A DNA stretch of 64,000 bases from an uncultured Planctomycetia bacterium (GTDB lineage: Bacteria; Planctomycetota; Planctomycetia; Pirellulales; PALSA-1355): positions 1,989,811 through 2,053,810 of the forward strand of contig CAWDFN010000001.1 in NCBI GenBank assembly GCA_963801675.1. Direction: 5' to 3'. Made by a program: the position numbers and the translations under genes. The notes below the pieces were generated by a model. It saw nothing but the letters and a program-made list of their open reading frames with translations. It searched no databases and was not told the DNA's origin. This document shows positions 47,350 to 57,242 of this stretch, in pieces; the first letter of the stretch is position 1; every line of letters starts with the position of its first letter.

Positions 47350-48180
47350 CTAACGATTCAAGCCCATTTCGCGGCTTTGTAGTTTCCCTTTCCAGCGCTG
47401 TTCGGACCTAATGATGTCGTCGGTCGTCAAAGCCGTTCCCGCAACTTCGAGAATCGAGACTTGATAGTCGCTGGGGTCGCGACTCTTGAGCCCAACATTG
47501 CCACCGTGGCCCGTGTGGATATAGTCTTGCCAGCGACGCCAAAAGCCATCTTCGGCCGTCGCAGACCCAACATATTGCTCCCGAGTCTTTGGGCACGTTA
47601 AAAGATAGATTCCCTTGCACGATTTGAGAACCTCTATCCAACTTTTCGGTAGGCCGTTGATCTGTGACAGCGGCTGTGCAAATTCCAGAAATCCAGGAAA
47701 GTTTGGCTCCTGAAAGGTGGCTCGCAATTCGACGATAGGTTTGTCACGCCGATCGGCACGTTGAATCCACCGACGCTTCCCAGTGCCCCACTCTATGAAT
47801 AGCTTGCCCTCCAAATCGGCTAAGCCAACTTCAAGCGTCAGTTTATAGACATCGCAACTCCCAGCTTTATCCACACCGTCCGCGTGTGGCCACCGGGTAT
47901 CTTTCGCCAACGGTCCGCGATACTTGACTCTATAGAGTCCGATGAACAACGTCTCGCCTGTTGGCGTGCCGACGAATGATGCCCAACGTCCCGCTTTGAG
48001 ATATTTCCGATTTTCAATGGATTGATGCGATTGATATAGCTCAAAGTGAGGTCGATTGTCGCGCCACAATTCATAGGGAGTGCGCCCCTTTTCGGAGCGT
48101 TGATCCTGATGACGCACGAGGCGCACATCGCCCAACGGAATGTTGGCTTCCCGTAAGATTGTGTTGAACGTCAACGGCAT
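47350..48180 (-). CDS. GIY-YIG nuclease-domain protein with uncharacterised N-terminal domain
   Basis: 276 aa. The C-terminal part reads KGIYLLTCPKTREQYVGSA...RRWQDYIHTGHGGNVGLK (GIY-YIG). The N-terminal ~170 aa is unassigned. Confidence 0.7.
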   Translation of the reverse strand: MPLTFNTILREANIPLGDVRLVRHQDQRSEKGRTPYELWRDNRPHFELYQSHQSIENRKYLKAGRWASFVGTPTGETLFIGLYRVKYRGPLAKDTRWPHADGVDKAGSCDVYKLTLEVGLADLEGKLFIEWGTGKRRWIQRADRRDKPIVELRATFQEPNFPGFLEFAQPLSQINGLPKSWIEVLKSCKGIYLLTCPKTREQYVGSATAEDGFWRRWQDYIHTGHGGNVGLKSRDPSDYQVSILEVAGTALTTDDIIRSEQRWKGKLQSREMGLNR

Positions 48181-48274
48181 GTTCGTGCTCTGTCTTGGTT
48201 CAGCGTGAATCGGAATTTCGGGACGGTGGTGTTAGCGAGTTGGGGTTGTTGAGTTTCGCCCTCGGCGGGCTTGG

Positions 48275-49303
48275 TTAATTTGTGATGGTCAACGGCTCGG
48301 GCGACCAAGGGGCCTCATTGCCGGCCCCCTGGACTCCCGCTAGCCTTTCTCTGCGTTCCGTTTCGCAAGCGGTTGACAACGTCTCGGGCACGGAACGCCG
48401 CGATTGCCGACGCAACGCGCGAGCCGATTCGAGCTTGCGATCGCGCTCGGCGAAGATCGCGTGCTCCAGCCCGGCCAGCTTGTCGGCCGGCGTGATGTAG
48501 CCGATCGCGCTGTGCAGACGCACGTCATTGTAGTGCGCCACAAACGAAGCCACCACGCGTCGCGCCTCGTCCAGCGTTTCTGGCGCCGCCAGGCGGAACC
48601 GCTCGCCCTTGAGCGTGCCGTGCCAACGTTCCAGCTTGCCGTTGCTCTGCGGATGGTAGGGACTGGTGCGCACGTGCGTCGTGCCCGTCAGCCGTATGAA
48701 CTCCTTAAAATCCTTGGCGATGAACTGCGGGCCATTGTCGCTGATGATGCGGGGCCGTTCGTCGGGGAACTTCTCCAGGCCGCGTTGCACGATCGTCTCG
48801 ATATCGCGTTCGGTCATGCTCTCGCGGATCTCCCAGTGCACGATGAACCGGCTGTAGCCATCCAACAGGGAGCAGAGATAGTAGAACGTGCCGCCCAGGT
48901 TGAGATACGAGACGTCGACATGCCAATGCTCATGCGCCCCCAGGGGCTGCACGAATCCCGTCCCTTTTTTCGAGGGTTTTTGCCACTTTCGATCGAGTCG
49001 GCCCGCTTGCTTGAGCACGCGATACACGCTGGATGGGCTGACTGCCACCACGTCGTCGTCCAGCATCATGAACGCCAGTCTCCGATAGCCTTCCAACGGA
49101 TATTGATCGTGATAGTCCAAGATCGCCTGCTTCTCCCAGGCCGCCAGCCAGCCGTCGCGCGGCGCACGGCCATTGTGTTGGTTGGGCTGGCCGTAGCGCT
49201 TCTGCCACTGGTGGAACTTGCTAGTGGCCAACTCCAGCCAGCCAAGCAATCGCCTCGCCGGCAGCTCGGCCCGAGCGGTCCAGCGCTTCACGTAATCGAC
49301 CAC
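48275..49303 (-). CDS. IS3 transposase OrfB (DDE/rve integrase core)
   Basis: 342 aa with HWHVDVSYL...LLDGYSRFIVHWE...ISDNGPQFIAKDF...SPYHPQSNGKLERWH. Confidence 0.85.
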   Translation of the reverse strand: MVDYVKRWTARAELPARRLLGWLELATSKFHQWQKRYGQPNQHNGRAPRDGWLAAWEKQAILDYHDQYPLEGYRRLAFMMLDDDVVAVSPSSVYRVLKQAGRLDRKWQKPSKKGTGFVQPLGAHEHWHVDVSYLNLGGTFYYLCSLLDGYSRFIVHWEIRESMTERDIETIVQRGLEKFPDERPRIISDNGPQFIAKDFKEFIRLTGTTHVRTSPYHPQSNGKLERWHGTLKGERFRLAAPETLDEARRVVASFVAHYNDVRLHSAIGYITPADKLAGLEHAIFAERDRKLESARALRRQSRRSVPETLSTACETERRERLAGVQGAGNEAPWSPEPLTITN

Positions 49304-49338
49304 GGCGTCGCGCGTGTCGTGGGGAACCCAGTTGCCTT

Positions 49339-49695
49339 TCAGAGTTCCCCACTGGCTTTTTTTGCGCGGACGTTCTCCTCCATCAGCTCGCTGATGACTT
49401 CGTTCTTCTGGGCCAGCTTGAGCTCCTTCTGCGCCAGCGTCGATTCGAGCTTCTCAATCTTTCGATCCTTGGCGCTCTCGGCGCTGGCCTTGCGACCCGT
49501 CTTGCGCTCGAAGATGCTCGCGCCGTGCTCAAACAGTTGCGCCTGCCAGTAATAGACCTGGCTTGGCTGCAGACCATGCTGATCGCAGAGATCCGAAATA
49601 GGCACCTTCTCCACCAGGTACCGCCGCAGAATAGCCAACTTCTCTGGCCCCGCTACCGACTTGCGCTCGCGACTCATGGAATCCTCCAGGTTCAA
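49339..49695 (-). CDS. IS3 transposase OrfA
   Basis: 118 aa with an HTH (KLAILRRYLVEKVPISDLCDQHGLQPSQVYYWQ) and a leucine-zipper-like tail. An A7G slippery run lies near its 3' end. Confidence 0.85.
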   Translation of the reverse strand: MNLEDSMSRERKSVAGPEKLAILRRYLVEKVPISDLCDQHGLQPSQVYYWQAQLFEHGASIFERKTGRKASAESAKDRKIEKLESTLAQKELKLAQKNEVISELMEENVRAKKASGEL

Positions 49696-49889
49696 GGGTT
49701 ATGCTAACCCCAACACCCGGAAATTCCAGTTCCATCTGAAGCAAGACAGCTCGCGCATGAAGTAGAGGCAATAGTATATCCCGCCCGAACCCGACGCCGC
49801 ATCGCCTTGTCCCCAATCCATGCTATTCCTCGCGGCCTAAACCGCTCGGCGGGCCCGGCTTCCGGCCAAAATGGTTGTCAGGTTGGCCG

Positions 49890-49906
49890 GGGCGACGTAT
49901 GCTAAT
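49890..49906 (+). repeat. 17-bp direct repeat GGGCGACGTATGCTAAT, right copy (overlaps a sigma70-like promoter TTGTCA-17 nt-TATGCT)
   Basis: Identical to 46174-46190. TTGTCA lies at about 49876-49881. Confidence 0.8.
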
Positions 49907-49997
49907 ATGTTTGCCTGAAATGGCTTTCGGCAGCGGTTTTTATCAGCCCTGGGGAGGTTTTGTGGCGTCGACTACCAAACTACGTGCCGGACAGAAG

Positions 49998-51753
49998 ATG
50001 CAATCGGGCGCCGACATTCTCGTGGAGTCCTTGGTCAACCACGGCGTGGAGATCGTCTTCGCCTATCCCGGCGGGGCCAGCATGCCGCTGCACCAGGCGC
50101 TGACCGCGCTTCAACGACCAGCATCCGCACGATCCTGCCGCGGCACGAGCAGGGCGGCGGCTTCGCCGCCCAGGGCTACGCCCGCACGCACCGGCAAGGC
50201 CGGGCGTCTGCATGGCCACCAGCGGCCCCGGCGCCACGAACCTCGTCACCGCCATCGCCGACGCCAAGCTCGACAGCATTCCGCTGATCGCCATCACCGG
50301 CCAGGTCGGCACGCCCGTGATCGGCACCGACGCCTTTCAGGAAACGCCGATCGTCGAAGTCTGCCGCGGCATCACCAAGCACCACTACCTGGTGACCGAC
50401 GTGAACGACGTCGCCCGCGTGATGCGCGAGGCGTTTCACATCGCCACCACCGGCCGGCCCGGGCCCGGTGCTCGATCGACATGCCCAAGGACGTGCAGCA
50501 GGCGCAGATCGTGCCCGACTACGACGCGCCGATGAACCTGCCCGGCTACCACGTCGAAGACCGCAAGGCCAAGCCCGAGCAGATCGCGCAGGTCGCCGCC
50601 GCGATCAAGCGCGCCAAGCGGCCGGTCATCTACGCCGGCGGCGGCGTCATCATGCGGCGGCGCCAGCGCCGAGCTGCGCGAGCTGGTGCAGCAAAACCGG
50701 CATTCCCGTCACGATGACGCGTGATGGGCCTGGGCGCCTTTCCCGGCGAGCGACCCGCTGTCGCTCGACATGCTCGGCATGCACGGCACCGTGTACGCCA
50801 ACTACGCCGTCGAACGAGGCCGATCTGCTGCTGGCCTTCGGCGTGCGGTTCGACGATCGCGTGACCGGCAAGGTCGTCGGAGTTCGCCAAGCACGGCAAG
50901 ATCGTGCACATCGACATCGACCCGTCGGAGATCAACAAGAACAAGGCGGCCCACATCCCGATCGTCAGCGACGTCAAGTACGCGCTGGCCGAGCTGAACA
51001 AGATCGTCGAAGCGCCCGACGACCTCGCCGCCTGGCACGCGCAGATCGCGGCCTGGAAAAAGACCGATCCGTTCAAGCTACGACAAGAACGTCCGACGGC
51101 ATCTCGCCGCAGCACGCCATCCACGAGCTGTGGAAGCTGACCACGGACCGCGACACGATCATCACGGTCGGCGTCGGCCAGCATCAGATGTGGGCCGCCC
51201 AGTTCTACAAGTTCAACCAGCCGCGCACGCTGGCTCTCCAGCTGCGGGCCTGGGCACGATGGGCTTCGGCCTGCCCGCCGCGATGGGCGCCAAGGCCGCG
51301 CATCCCGACAAGCTGGTGATCGACATCGACGGCGACGGCAGCTTCCTGATGAACATCCAGGAGCTGGCCACCTGCTTCTGCGAGAAGCTGCCGGTCAAGG
51401 TGCTGCTGCTGAACAACCAGCACCTGGGCATGGTCGTGCAGTGGGAAGACCGCTTCCACGCAGGGCAACCGCGCCCACACCTATCTCGGCCCGATCGACC
51501 ATCCCGAAGCCATCGGCCAAGGCGACGGCCGCGAGCCCGGCCGAGCCGCTATCCCGACTTCGTCACGATCGCCAAGGGCTTCGGCTGCGGCGGCCGCTAC
51601 GTCGCAGGAGAAGGCCGACCTGGCCGCCGCCCTGCAAGGAGATGATCGACTACCGCCGGCCCGTACGTGCTCGACGTCGAAGTGCCCTACCAGGAGCACG
51701 TGCTGCCGATGATCCCCGCCGGCATGACGGTCAAGGATTTGATCAAGGAGTAG
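49998..51753 (+). pseudogene. ilvB: acetolactate synthase large subunit (biosynthetic type), broken by at least ten frame changes
   Basis: Conserved AHAS peptides lie in alternating frames. Examples are [99 protein letters not shown]...[10 protein letters not shown] and KTGIPVTMT. Further examples are [76 protein letters not shown]...[30 protein letters not shown] and [31 protein letters not shown]. Confidence 0.85.
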
Positions 51754-51851
51754 GCGCGGGGGCAAACTAGCCCGAAGCGCAAGCGAGGGAGCATCGGTTA
51801 TTTCCCTCGCTAGCGCTTCGGGCTAGTGTAAACATTCACGGGTCGCAAGCG

Positions 51852-52970
51852 ATGAACCGCATCCTGAGCTTGCTTTTCCTGGCACTCGTCGCTTTCGCCC
51901 TCACGTTCATCGTGGTCAAGATCGTCGGCACTTCTCCTGCCGAACCTGTGAATACGGATCCGCCGCTCGCCGCATTGCCGCTTCCTCGACCGCCAGGCCC
52001 CGCTCCACCCGGCATGGCATGGATCCCTGGTGGCGAGTTCACGATGGGCAGCGACGATTCTTTCGCTCGCGCCGACGAAAAACCGCCGCATCGGGTCCGC
52101 GTCGACGGCTTCTGGATGGACGAAACCGAGGTTACCAACGCCCAGTTTCGCAAGTTCGTTGACGCGACAGGATATACGACCACCGCCGAGCGCAAACCGC
52201 TGTGGGAAGATCTGCAAAAGCAGCTTCCGCCCGGCACGCCGAAGCCGCCCGACGAACTGCTCGTGGCTGGCTCGCTGGTCTTTACGCCCACGCCAACTCC
52301 GGTGCCGCTCGACAATCACGCCCGCTGGTGGCGTTGGCAGCCGGGCGCCGACTGGCGGCATCCCGAAGGGCCCGAAAGCTCGATCGACGGCAAGCTCGAT
52401 CATCCGGTAGTTCATGTTTCCTGGGAAGACGCGGCGGCTTATGCCCGCTGGGCCGGCAAACGTCTGCCGACCGAGGCCGAATGGGAGTTCGCCGCCCGCG
52501 GAGGCTTGGACCGCAAGCCGTACGTGTGGGGCGACCAGCGCCCGAGCGACGCATCGGCACGCGCCAATATCTGGCAGGGAAGCTTTCCGAATTCCGATCT
52601 GGCGGCCGACGGTTTTGCCGGCACAGCGCCGGTCAAATCGTTCGCGCCCAACGGCTATGGGCTGTACGACATGGCCGGCAACGTCTGGGAGTGGGTTGCC
52701 GACTGGTATCGCCCCGACACCTATTCTCGCCGCGCGGCGGCGACTGCCGTCTTGAATCCCGCCGGCCCACTTGATAGCTTTGACCCGCAGGAGCCGTACA
52801 CATCCAAGCGCGCGATCCGCGGTGGTTCGTATTTGTGTAACGACAGCTACTGTGCCGGCTATCGGCCCAGCGCCCGCATGAAGACCGATCCGCTCACGGG
52901 ACTGTCGCACACCGGCTTTCGCTGTATCATGACGCCGATGGCTACTTACACGCCGCCGCTTCGCGGCTGA
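51852..52970 (+). CDS. formylglycine-generating enzyme (FGE/SUMF1 family)
   Basis: 372 aa with an N-terminal TM anchor, MAWIPGGEFTMGSD, RVDGFWMDETEVTNAQF and RGGSYLCNDSYCAGYR. Confidence 0.9.
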   Translation: MNRILSLLFLALVAFALTFIVVKIVGTSPAEPVNTDPPLAALPLPRPPGPAPPGMAWIPGGEFTMGSDDSFARADEKPPHRVRVDGFWMDETEVTNAQFRKFVDATGYTTTAERKPLWEDLQKQLPPGTPKPPDELLVAGSLVFTPTPTPVPLDNHARWWRWQPGADWRHPEGPESSIDGKLDHPVVHVSWEDAAAYARWAGKRLPTEAEWEFAARGGLDRKPYVWGDQRPSDASARANIWQGSFPNSDLAADGFAGTAPVKSFAPNGYGLYDMAGNVWEWVADWYRPDTYSRRAAATAVLNPAGPLDSFDPQEPYTSKRAIRGGSYLCNDSYCAGYRPSARMKTDPLTGLSHTGFRCIMTPMATYTPPLRG

Positions 52971-52989
52971 GACATTCGCAGGCGGATTT

Positions 52990-54831
52990 TTGCAAAGGAT
53001 GACGAAAATGTTCACGCGCAACCGGATGCAGATCGTTTTGACGCTGGCCGTGGGCGTGACGCTCGGATACGCCGCCGCCAGCGGCCGCTTCGCGCCCGGC
53101 ACCGAAGCCAGCGCCGCGCCAAGCCGCTCGGCCGACTCCATCAACGCCTCGGGTGCAACTGCTGGCTTGCCCAGCAGTGCCTCCGAGCCGACCAACTGCG
53201 AAAGTTCCGCCTGCTGTCTCACCACCACGCGACAAGAGCTGCTGCTTGCCCAAGCCAGCGGCGACGCCCAGCAGCCCAAATCGACCCGTGCGCCGGGCGC
53301 CCCCGCGGCCGGCTCCGGCAAAAAGCCGAACGTCCTGGTTATCATGGGCGACGACATCGGCTGGTTCAACATCGGCGCCTACAACCGCGGCATCATGGGC
53401 ACCAAGACGCCGAACCTCGACAAGCTCGCGGCCGAAGGCATGATGTTCACCGATTATTACGCCGAGCCCAGTTGCACCGCCGGCCGCGCCAACTTCATCA
53501 CCGGCCAGCTTCCGATTCGCACCGGGCTGACCACCGTCGGCCAGGCCGGTGCCACCGTCGGCATGCCGGCCCAGGCGCCGACCATCGCCACGGCGCTTAA
53601 GAGCCTGGGCTACGCGACCGGCCAGTACGGCAAGAACCACCTGGGAGATCGCAATGAATATCTGCCCACGGTCCACGGCTTCGACGAATTTTTCGGCTAC
53701 CTCTATCACCTCGACGCCATGGAAGACCCGGCCTGGCATTCATATCCGCCGGCGCTGAAGGACAAGGTCGGCCCGCGCAACATGCTGCATTGTACGGCCA
53801 CCGACAAGGACGACCCGACGGTCGAACCGCGGTGGGGCAAAGTCGGCAAGCAGAAGATCGAGGACGCCGGCACGCTCTATCCCAAGCGGATGGAAACCGT
53901 CGACGACGAGATTCTCGACTACGCGCTGAAGTTCATCGACCGCTCGAAGAAAGACGGCAAGCCCTTCTTCTGCTGGCTGAATCCGACCCGCATGCACATC
54001 ATCACGCACCTGTCCGAAAAATATGCCAAGCAACAGACGCCGGAAAACGGCTGGTACGAATATGAAGCCGGCATGGCGCAGCTCGATGACATTGTCGGAG
54101 CGGTGATGAAGAAGCTCAAGGACGCGGGCCTCGACAACGACACGATCGTCGTTTTCACCACCGACAACGGCGCCGAGAACTTCACCTGGCCCGACGGCGG
54201 CCAGACGCCCTTTGCCGGCGGCAAGGGCACCGTGCTCGAAGGGGGCCTGCGCGTGCCCTGCATCGTGCGCTGGCCGAACAAAGTGCCGGCCGGAAAGGTT
54301 GAAAACCAGCTCATGTCGGGCCTCGATTGGTTCCCGACCTTTGTCGCCGCCGCCGGCAATCCCAACGTCGTCGACGAGCTCAAGAAGGGCAAGAAACTGG
54401 GCGATCGCGACTTCAAGGTGCACCTCGACGGCTACAATCAACTCGACTTCATCACCGGCAAGGGCCCGTCGAAGCGGCAGGAAGTCTTCTATTTCGCCGA
54501 AGGCACCCTCGGCGCCGTGCGCATCAACGATTTCAAATATCGCTTCATCGATCAGCCCGGCGGCTGGCTGGGCGGAACGGTCAAGGTCGACTGGCCGATC
54601 TTGACCAACCTCAGGCTCGACCCGCTCGAGCGCACGGGCATGGCCGGATCGCTCAACTACTATCAGTTCTTCGTTCACGAGTTTTGGCGCTTCGTCTTCG
54701 TGCAGCAGGAAGTGGGCGCGTACGCCCAGACGTTCATCGAGTTTCCGTCCATGCAGCGCGGCGCAAGCTTCAACATGGAAGCCGTGAAGGAGCAAATCCA
54801 AAAGGCCATCGAGGCCCACCACGCGCGCTAG
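52990..54831 (+). CDS. arylsulfatase
   Basis: 613 aa with PNVLVIMGDDIGW and the SCTAGRANFITG FGly site (C-x-A-x-R). It lies immediately downstream of the FGE gene. Confidence 0.9.
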   Translation: MQRMTKMFTRNRMQIVLTLAVGVTLGYAAASGRFAPGTEASAAPSRSADSINASGATAGLPSSASEPTNCESSACCLTTTRQELLLAQASGDAQQPKSTRAPGAPAAGSGKKPNVLVIMGDDIGWFNIGAYNRGIMGTKTPNLDKLAAEGMMFTDYYAEPSCTAGRANFITGQLPIRTGLTTVGQAGATVGMPAQAPTIATALKSLGYATGQYGKNHLGDRNEYLPTVHGFDEFFGYLYHLDAMEDPAWHSYPPALKDKVGPRNMLHCTATDKDDPTVEPRWGKVGKQKIEDAGTLYPKRMETVDDEILDYALKFIDRSKKDGKPFFCWLNPTRMHIITHLSEKYAKQQTPENGWYEYEAGMAQLDDIVGAVMKKLKDAGLDNDTIVVFTTDNGAENFTWPDGGQTPFAGGKGTVLEGGLRVPCIVRWPNKVPAGKVENQLMSGLDWFPTFVAAAGNPNVVDELKKGKKLGDRDFKVHLDGYNQLDFITGKGPSKRQEVFYFAEGTLGAVRINDFKYRFIDQPGGWLGGTVKVDWPILTNLRLDPLERTGMAGSLNYYQFFVHEFWRFVFVQQEVGAYAQTFIEFPSMQRGASFNMEAVKEQIQKAIEAHHAR

Positions 54832-54839
54832 GAATTCGC

Positions 54840-55244
54840 ATGTTCGCTCGCAATGTCCGCCGCGTGGTTACTGGCGTTGTGCTAGTTGTGATTTGCGGTG
54901 CGCCGGCCCGCGGCGCCGATGCGCCCGATGACCTGCCTTCCTGGAACGAGGGCCCGGCCAAAGCCGCCATCGTCGCTTTCGTGCGCGCCGCAACCGACAA
55001 GAGCAGCCCGCAATTCGTGCCCCCCGCCGAGCGCGTCGCCACGTTCGACAACGATGGCACGCTGTGGGTCGAGCAGCCGCTCTACACGCAAGTCGTGTTT
55101 GCCGTCGATCGGGTCAAGGCCCTGGCCCCGCAGCATCCCGAGTGGAAAACCGCCGAGCCGTTCAAGTCGATTCTCGCCGGCGATTCCGACCTGGCCCGCT
55201 TTAGCATCACCGATTTTGCCCGCGTCGTCGCGTTCGAGAAGTAA
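54840..55244 (+). pseudogene. HAD-superfamily hydrolase, N-terminal 134 aa only
   Basis: Signal peptide and motif I (FDNDGTLW). The ORF ends early with ...FARVVAFEK*. The later HAD motifs are missing. Confidence 0.6.
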
Positions 55245-55720
55245 AGCGGCTTCCAGCCCTCGCGCTGGCAGCTTGCGCCAAGGCGAACGCGCCTGGCTGT
55301 CGGATCGATGTCGCGCGGATTCACATCATACTTATACTTCTCGTGGCACTCACGAGGAGACACATCCACCGCAGTACCATCACACCACGTGTTTTCGAGA
55401 CAGCCGGCGATGTCTCATTTCCCGGCCTACGCAAATGTCTCTTCTCTTACCGCTAACGATTGCACGCTAGCAATTCGAGGCGCCTGCAAGCGGTGCTTTT
55501 GCGACGTCCTTGGCATTCCAGGTACTTTACGAATCCGAGTCATTATGCGAGGCCGATTTCGCATGCGTTATGGATGCCGGCCGATTCTGTTCAATTCACC
55601 GACAGTATCAATGGTGCCGAAAGTAAGGCAAGTGCAAATGCACCTGATTCAAGCCCCGGCGTCTCGCGGGACGACCTCGGCACCCAGCAACAACACAGCC
55701 TAGTACAAGGACGTACGACC

Positions 55721-56701
55721 ATGCGATCAGCTTTTGCAATCGTCTTGTGCGCGCTGGTGTTTTCAGGGTGTGCCCATCGCCAGCTTCGTTGGGACACGGT
55801 TAAACAATCGGGCACGCTTACGACCATCTTTGAGCAGCAAGTGCTTGACAATGTTGCAATGTTTGCTTTCAACCCGGATTCAACGCCGTTCTTCGCGTTT
55901 CCAAATGCGGGCGGATCGAACGTGCAAGACGGCGCGCAGGTTCCGTTTGGAATCAGCTGGAACAAGCTCGGCTTTAACCTGGCAAACACCGGGGTGACGG
56001 CATCCCGCTCCTTGGTCGAGTCCTGGACGCTTACACCCATCACGGATCCCAGAAAGCTGCAGCTGATGCGCTGCGCCTATCAACAGGCAATTTCCCCGTG
56101 CCTCGGCGGTGGCTTGTCTGGGGAATGCCCTGACTGCAACCGACTGTTGAAGAACTTTTACACCGGCAATCCGGATACCGGGCAGATTCCGTCGTCCAAT
56201 GAAGCGTCTGGCGCGGTAACGATCAAATGCGTTGGAACCAATTGCTGGTTTGGGACAGGCTGTCGGAAGTGTATTCCAAAAGGCTGCCCGTGTCTAAAGG
56301 TTGGACACTATTGCGGACTCTATGTATGGGTGCTTCCGGGCGGCCAGGAGGAATTGACCAAGCTAACGTTTGCGATTATGGACTTCGCCATTTATGAGCC
56401 GGCCAAGACACCGGCGAAGCCGCCCCAGCCCACCAAGGAAGTCACCTTGTATTTCGACGCCAGCAATAATCCGACAACGCCGGATCGCGCAACGCGCATC
56501 GAGAAGCTCATCGTGCCCGTCAGTTCAGCACACCTGCTGCAATTACACAACAACCAGCGCCCCAGTCTTACGCAAGCGGACGTGTCGCCGCCCGAACCTC
56601 TGCCACCGGTTCAGTCTCGGACGCCGATCCCGAACTCCGAATACCTGCAATTCCAACAGAACCTGCAAACGTTGGCCCCGCAATCGAATCCGTTCCCATA
56701 A
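55721..56701 (+). CDS. hypothetical Cys-rich lipoprotein in an A/T-richer insert
   Basis: The internal Met of ORF 55460..56701 gives MRSAFAIVLCALVFSGC (lipobox). A Cys cluster reads CPDCNRLL...CVGTNCWFGTGCRKCIPKGCPCLKVGHYCG. No family recognised. Confidence 0.55.
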   Translation: MRSAFAIVLCALVFSGCAHRQLRWDTVKQSGTLTTIFEQQVLDNVAMFAFNPDSTPFFAFPNAGGSNVQDGAQVPFGISWNKLGFNLANTGVTASRSLVESWTLTPITDPRKLQLMRCAYQQAISPCLGGGLSGECPDCNRLLKNFYTGNPDTGQIPSSNEASGAVTIKCVGTNCWFGTGCRKCIPKGCPCLKVGHYCGLYVWVLPGGQEELTKLTFAIMDFAIYEPAKTPAKPPQPTKEVTLYFDASNNPTTPDRATRIEKLIVPVSSAHLLQLHNNQRPSLTQADVSPPEPLPPVQSRTPIPNSEYLQFQQNLQTLAPQSNPFP

Positions 56702-56862
56702 TGCGTCCCGCGGCATTGCCGGTCGCGGCCGAAGTCGCCAACTCGCCGATCGGCACCTTCTCCGACGCCCTGACGGCCGAAGCCAAAACGCGCGGCTGGA
56801 CCGTCATCAGCATGAAGCACGACTGGAGGCGCGCCTTCGCGTTCGAGAAGCTCTCGCAATAA
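56701..56862 (+). pseudogene. HAD-hydrolase C-terminal fragment (53 codons)
   Basis: MRPAALPVAAEVANSPIGTFSDALTAEAKTRGWTVISMKHDWRRAFAFEKLSQ*. It shares TCGCGTTCGAGAAG with the 3' end of 54840..55244. Confidence 0.55.
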
Positions 56863-57242
56863 GTCGCATGACGACGTAGCGGTCTGGCTGCCGGAGGCTG
56901 TCGACCGATGCGTCTTGCGAGCTCTACTTGCGAACAAATTCTATCTCGATTGTGGGAATTCCTGGCCCCGGCTCGCCTGCCCTGGATGGCATCAACGGCA
57001 GATCCGGATTGCCGGCCGCGGAGCGGCGGTGCAAACGCTCGCGGGCGTGGCAATTTGATTGACGTGAGATTCCCGGCCTGACGATATGCAGCTATCGGGG
57101 TCGATGGGCGATCGCGGTCCGCCCAACCGCCGCGGCGCCAGGCTGCGATCGACTCTTTGACGCGGCAGGTTTCCGGCCAATCCCGCCGCGCCAAACCGCC
57201 CACCCTCGAAATAACGATCACGCCACAGCTGCGCGTACGGCC

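Larger units (their letters stand above)
48206..49734 (-). mobile_element. IS3-family insertion sequence, apparently intact; ends provisional
   Basis: The left end is TGAATCGGAATTTCGGG. The right end ...CCCGGAAATTCCAGTTCCA has the reverse complement TGGAACTGGAATTTCCGGG. This is an imperfect inverted repeat of about 17/20. No matching 3-4 bp target duplication was seen. Confidence 0.6.

Noticed and set aside
48258-49855. A 10-bp direct repeat CTCGGCGGGC at about 48258 and about 49846 near the second IS3, considered as a target duplication.
   Set aside because: One copy lies inside the provisional IS boundary and the other 110 nt outside it. The length does not fit IS3 target duplications. In this GC-rich sequence it is likely chance.
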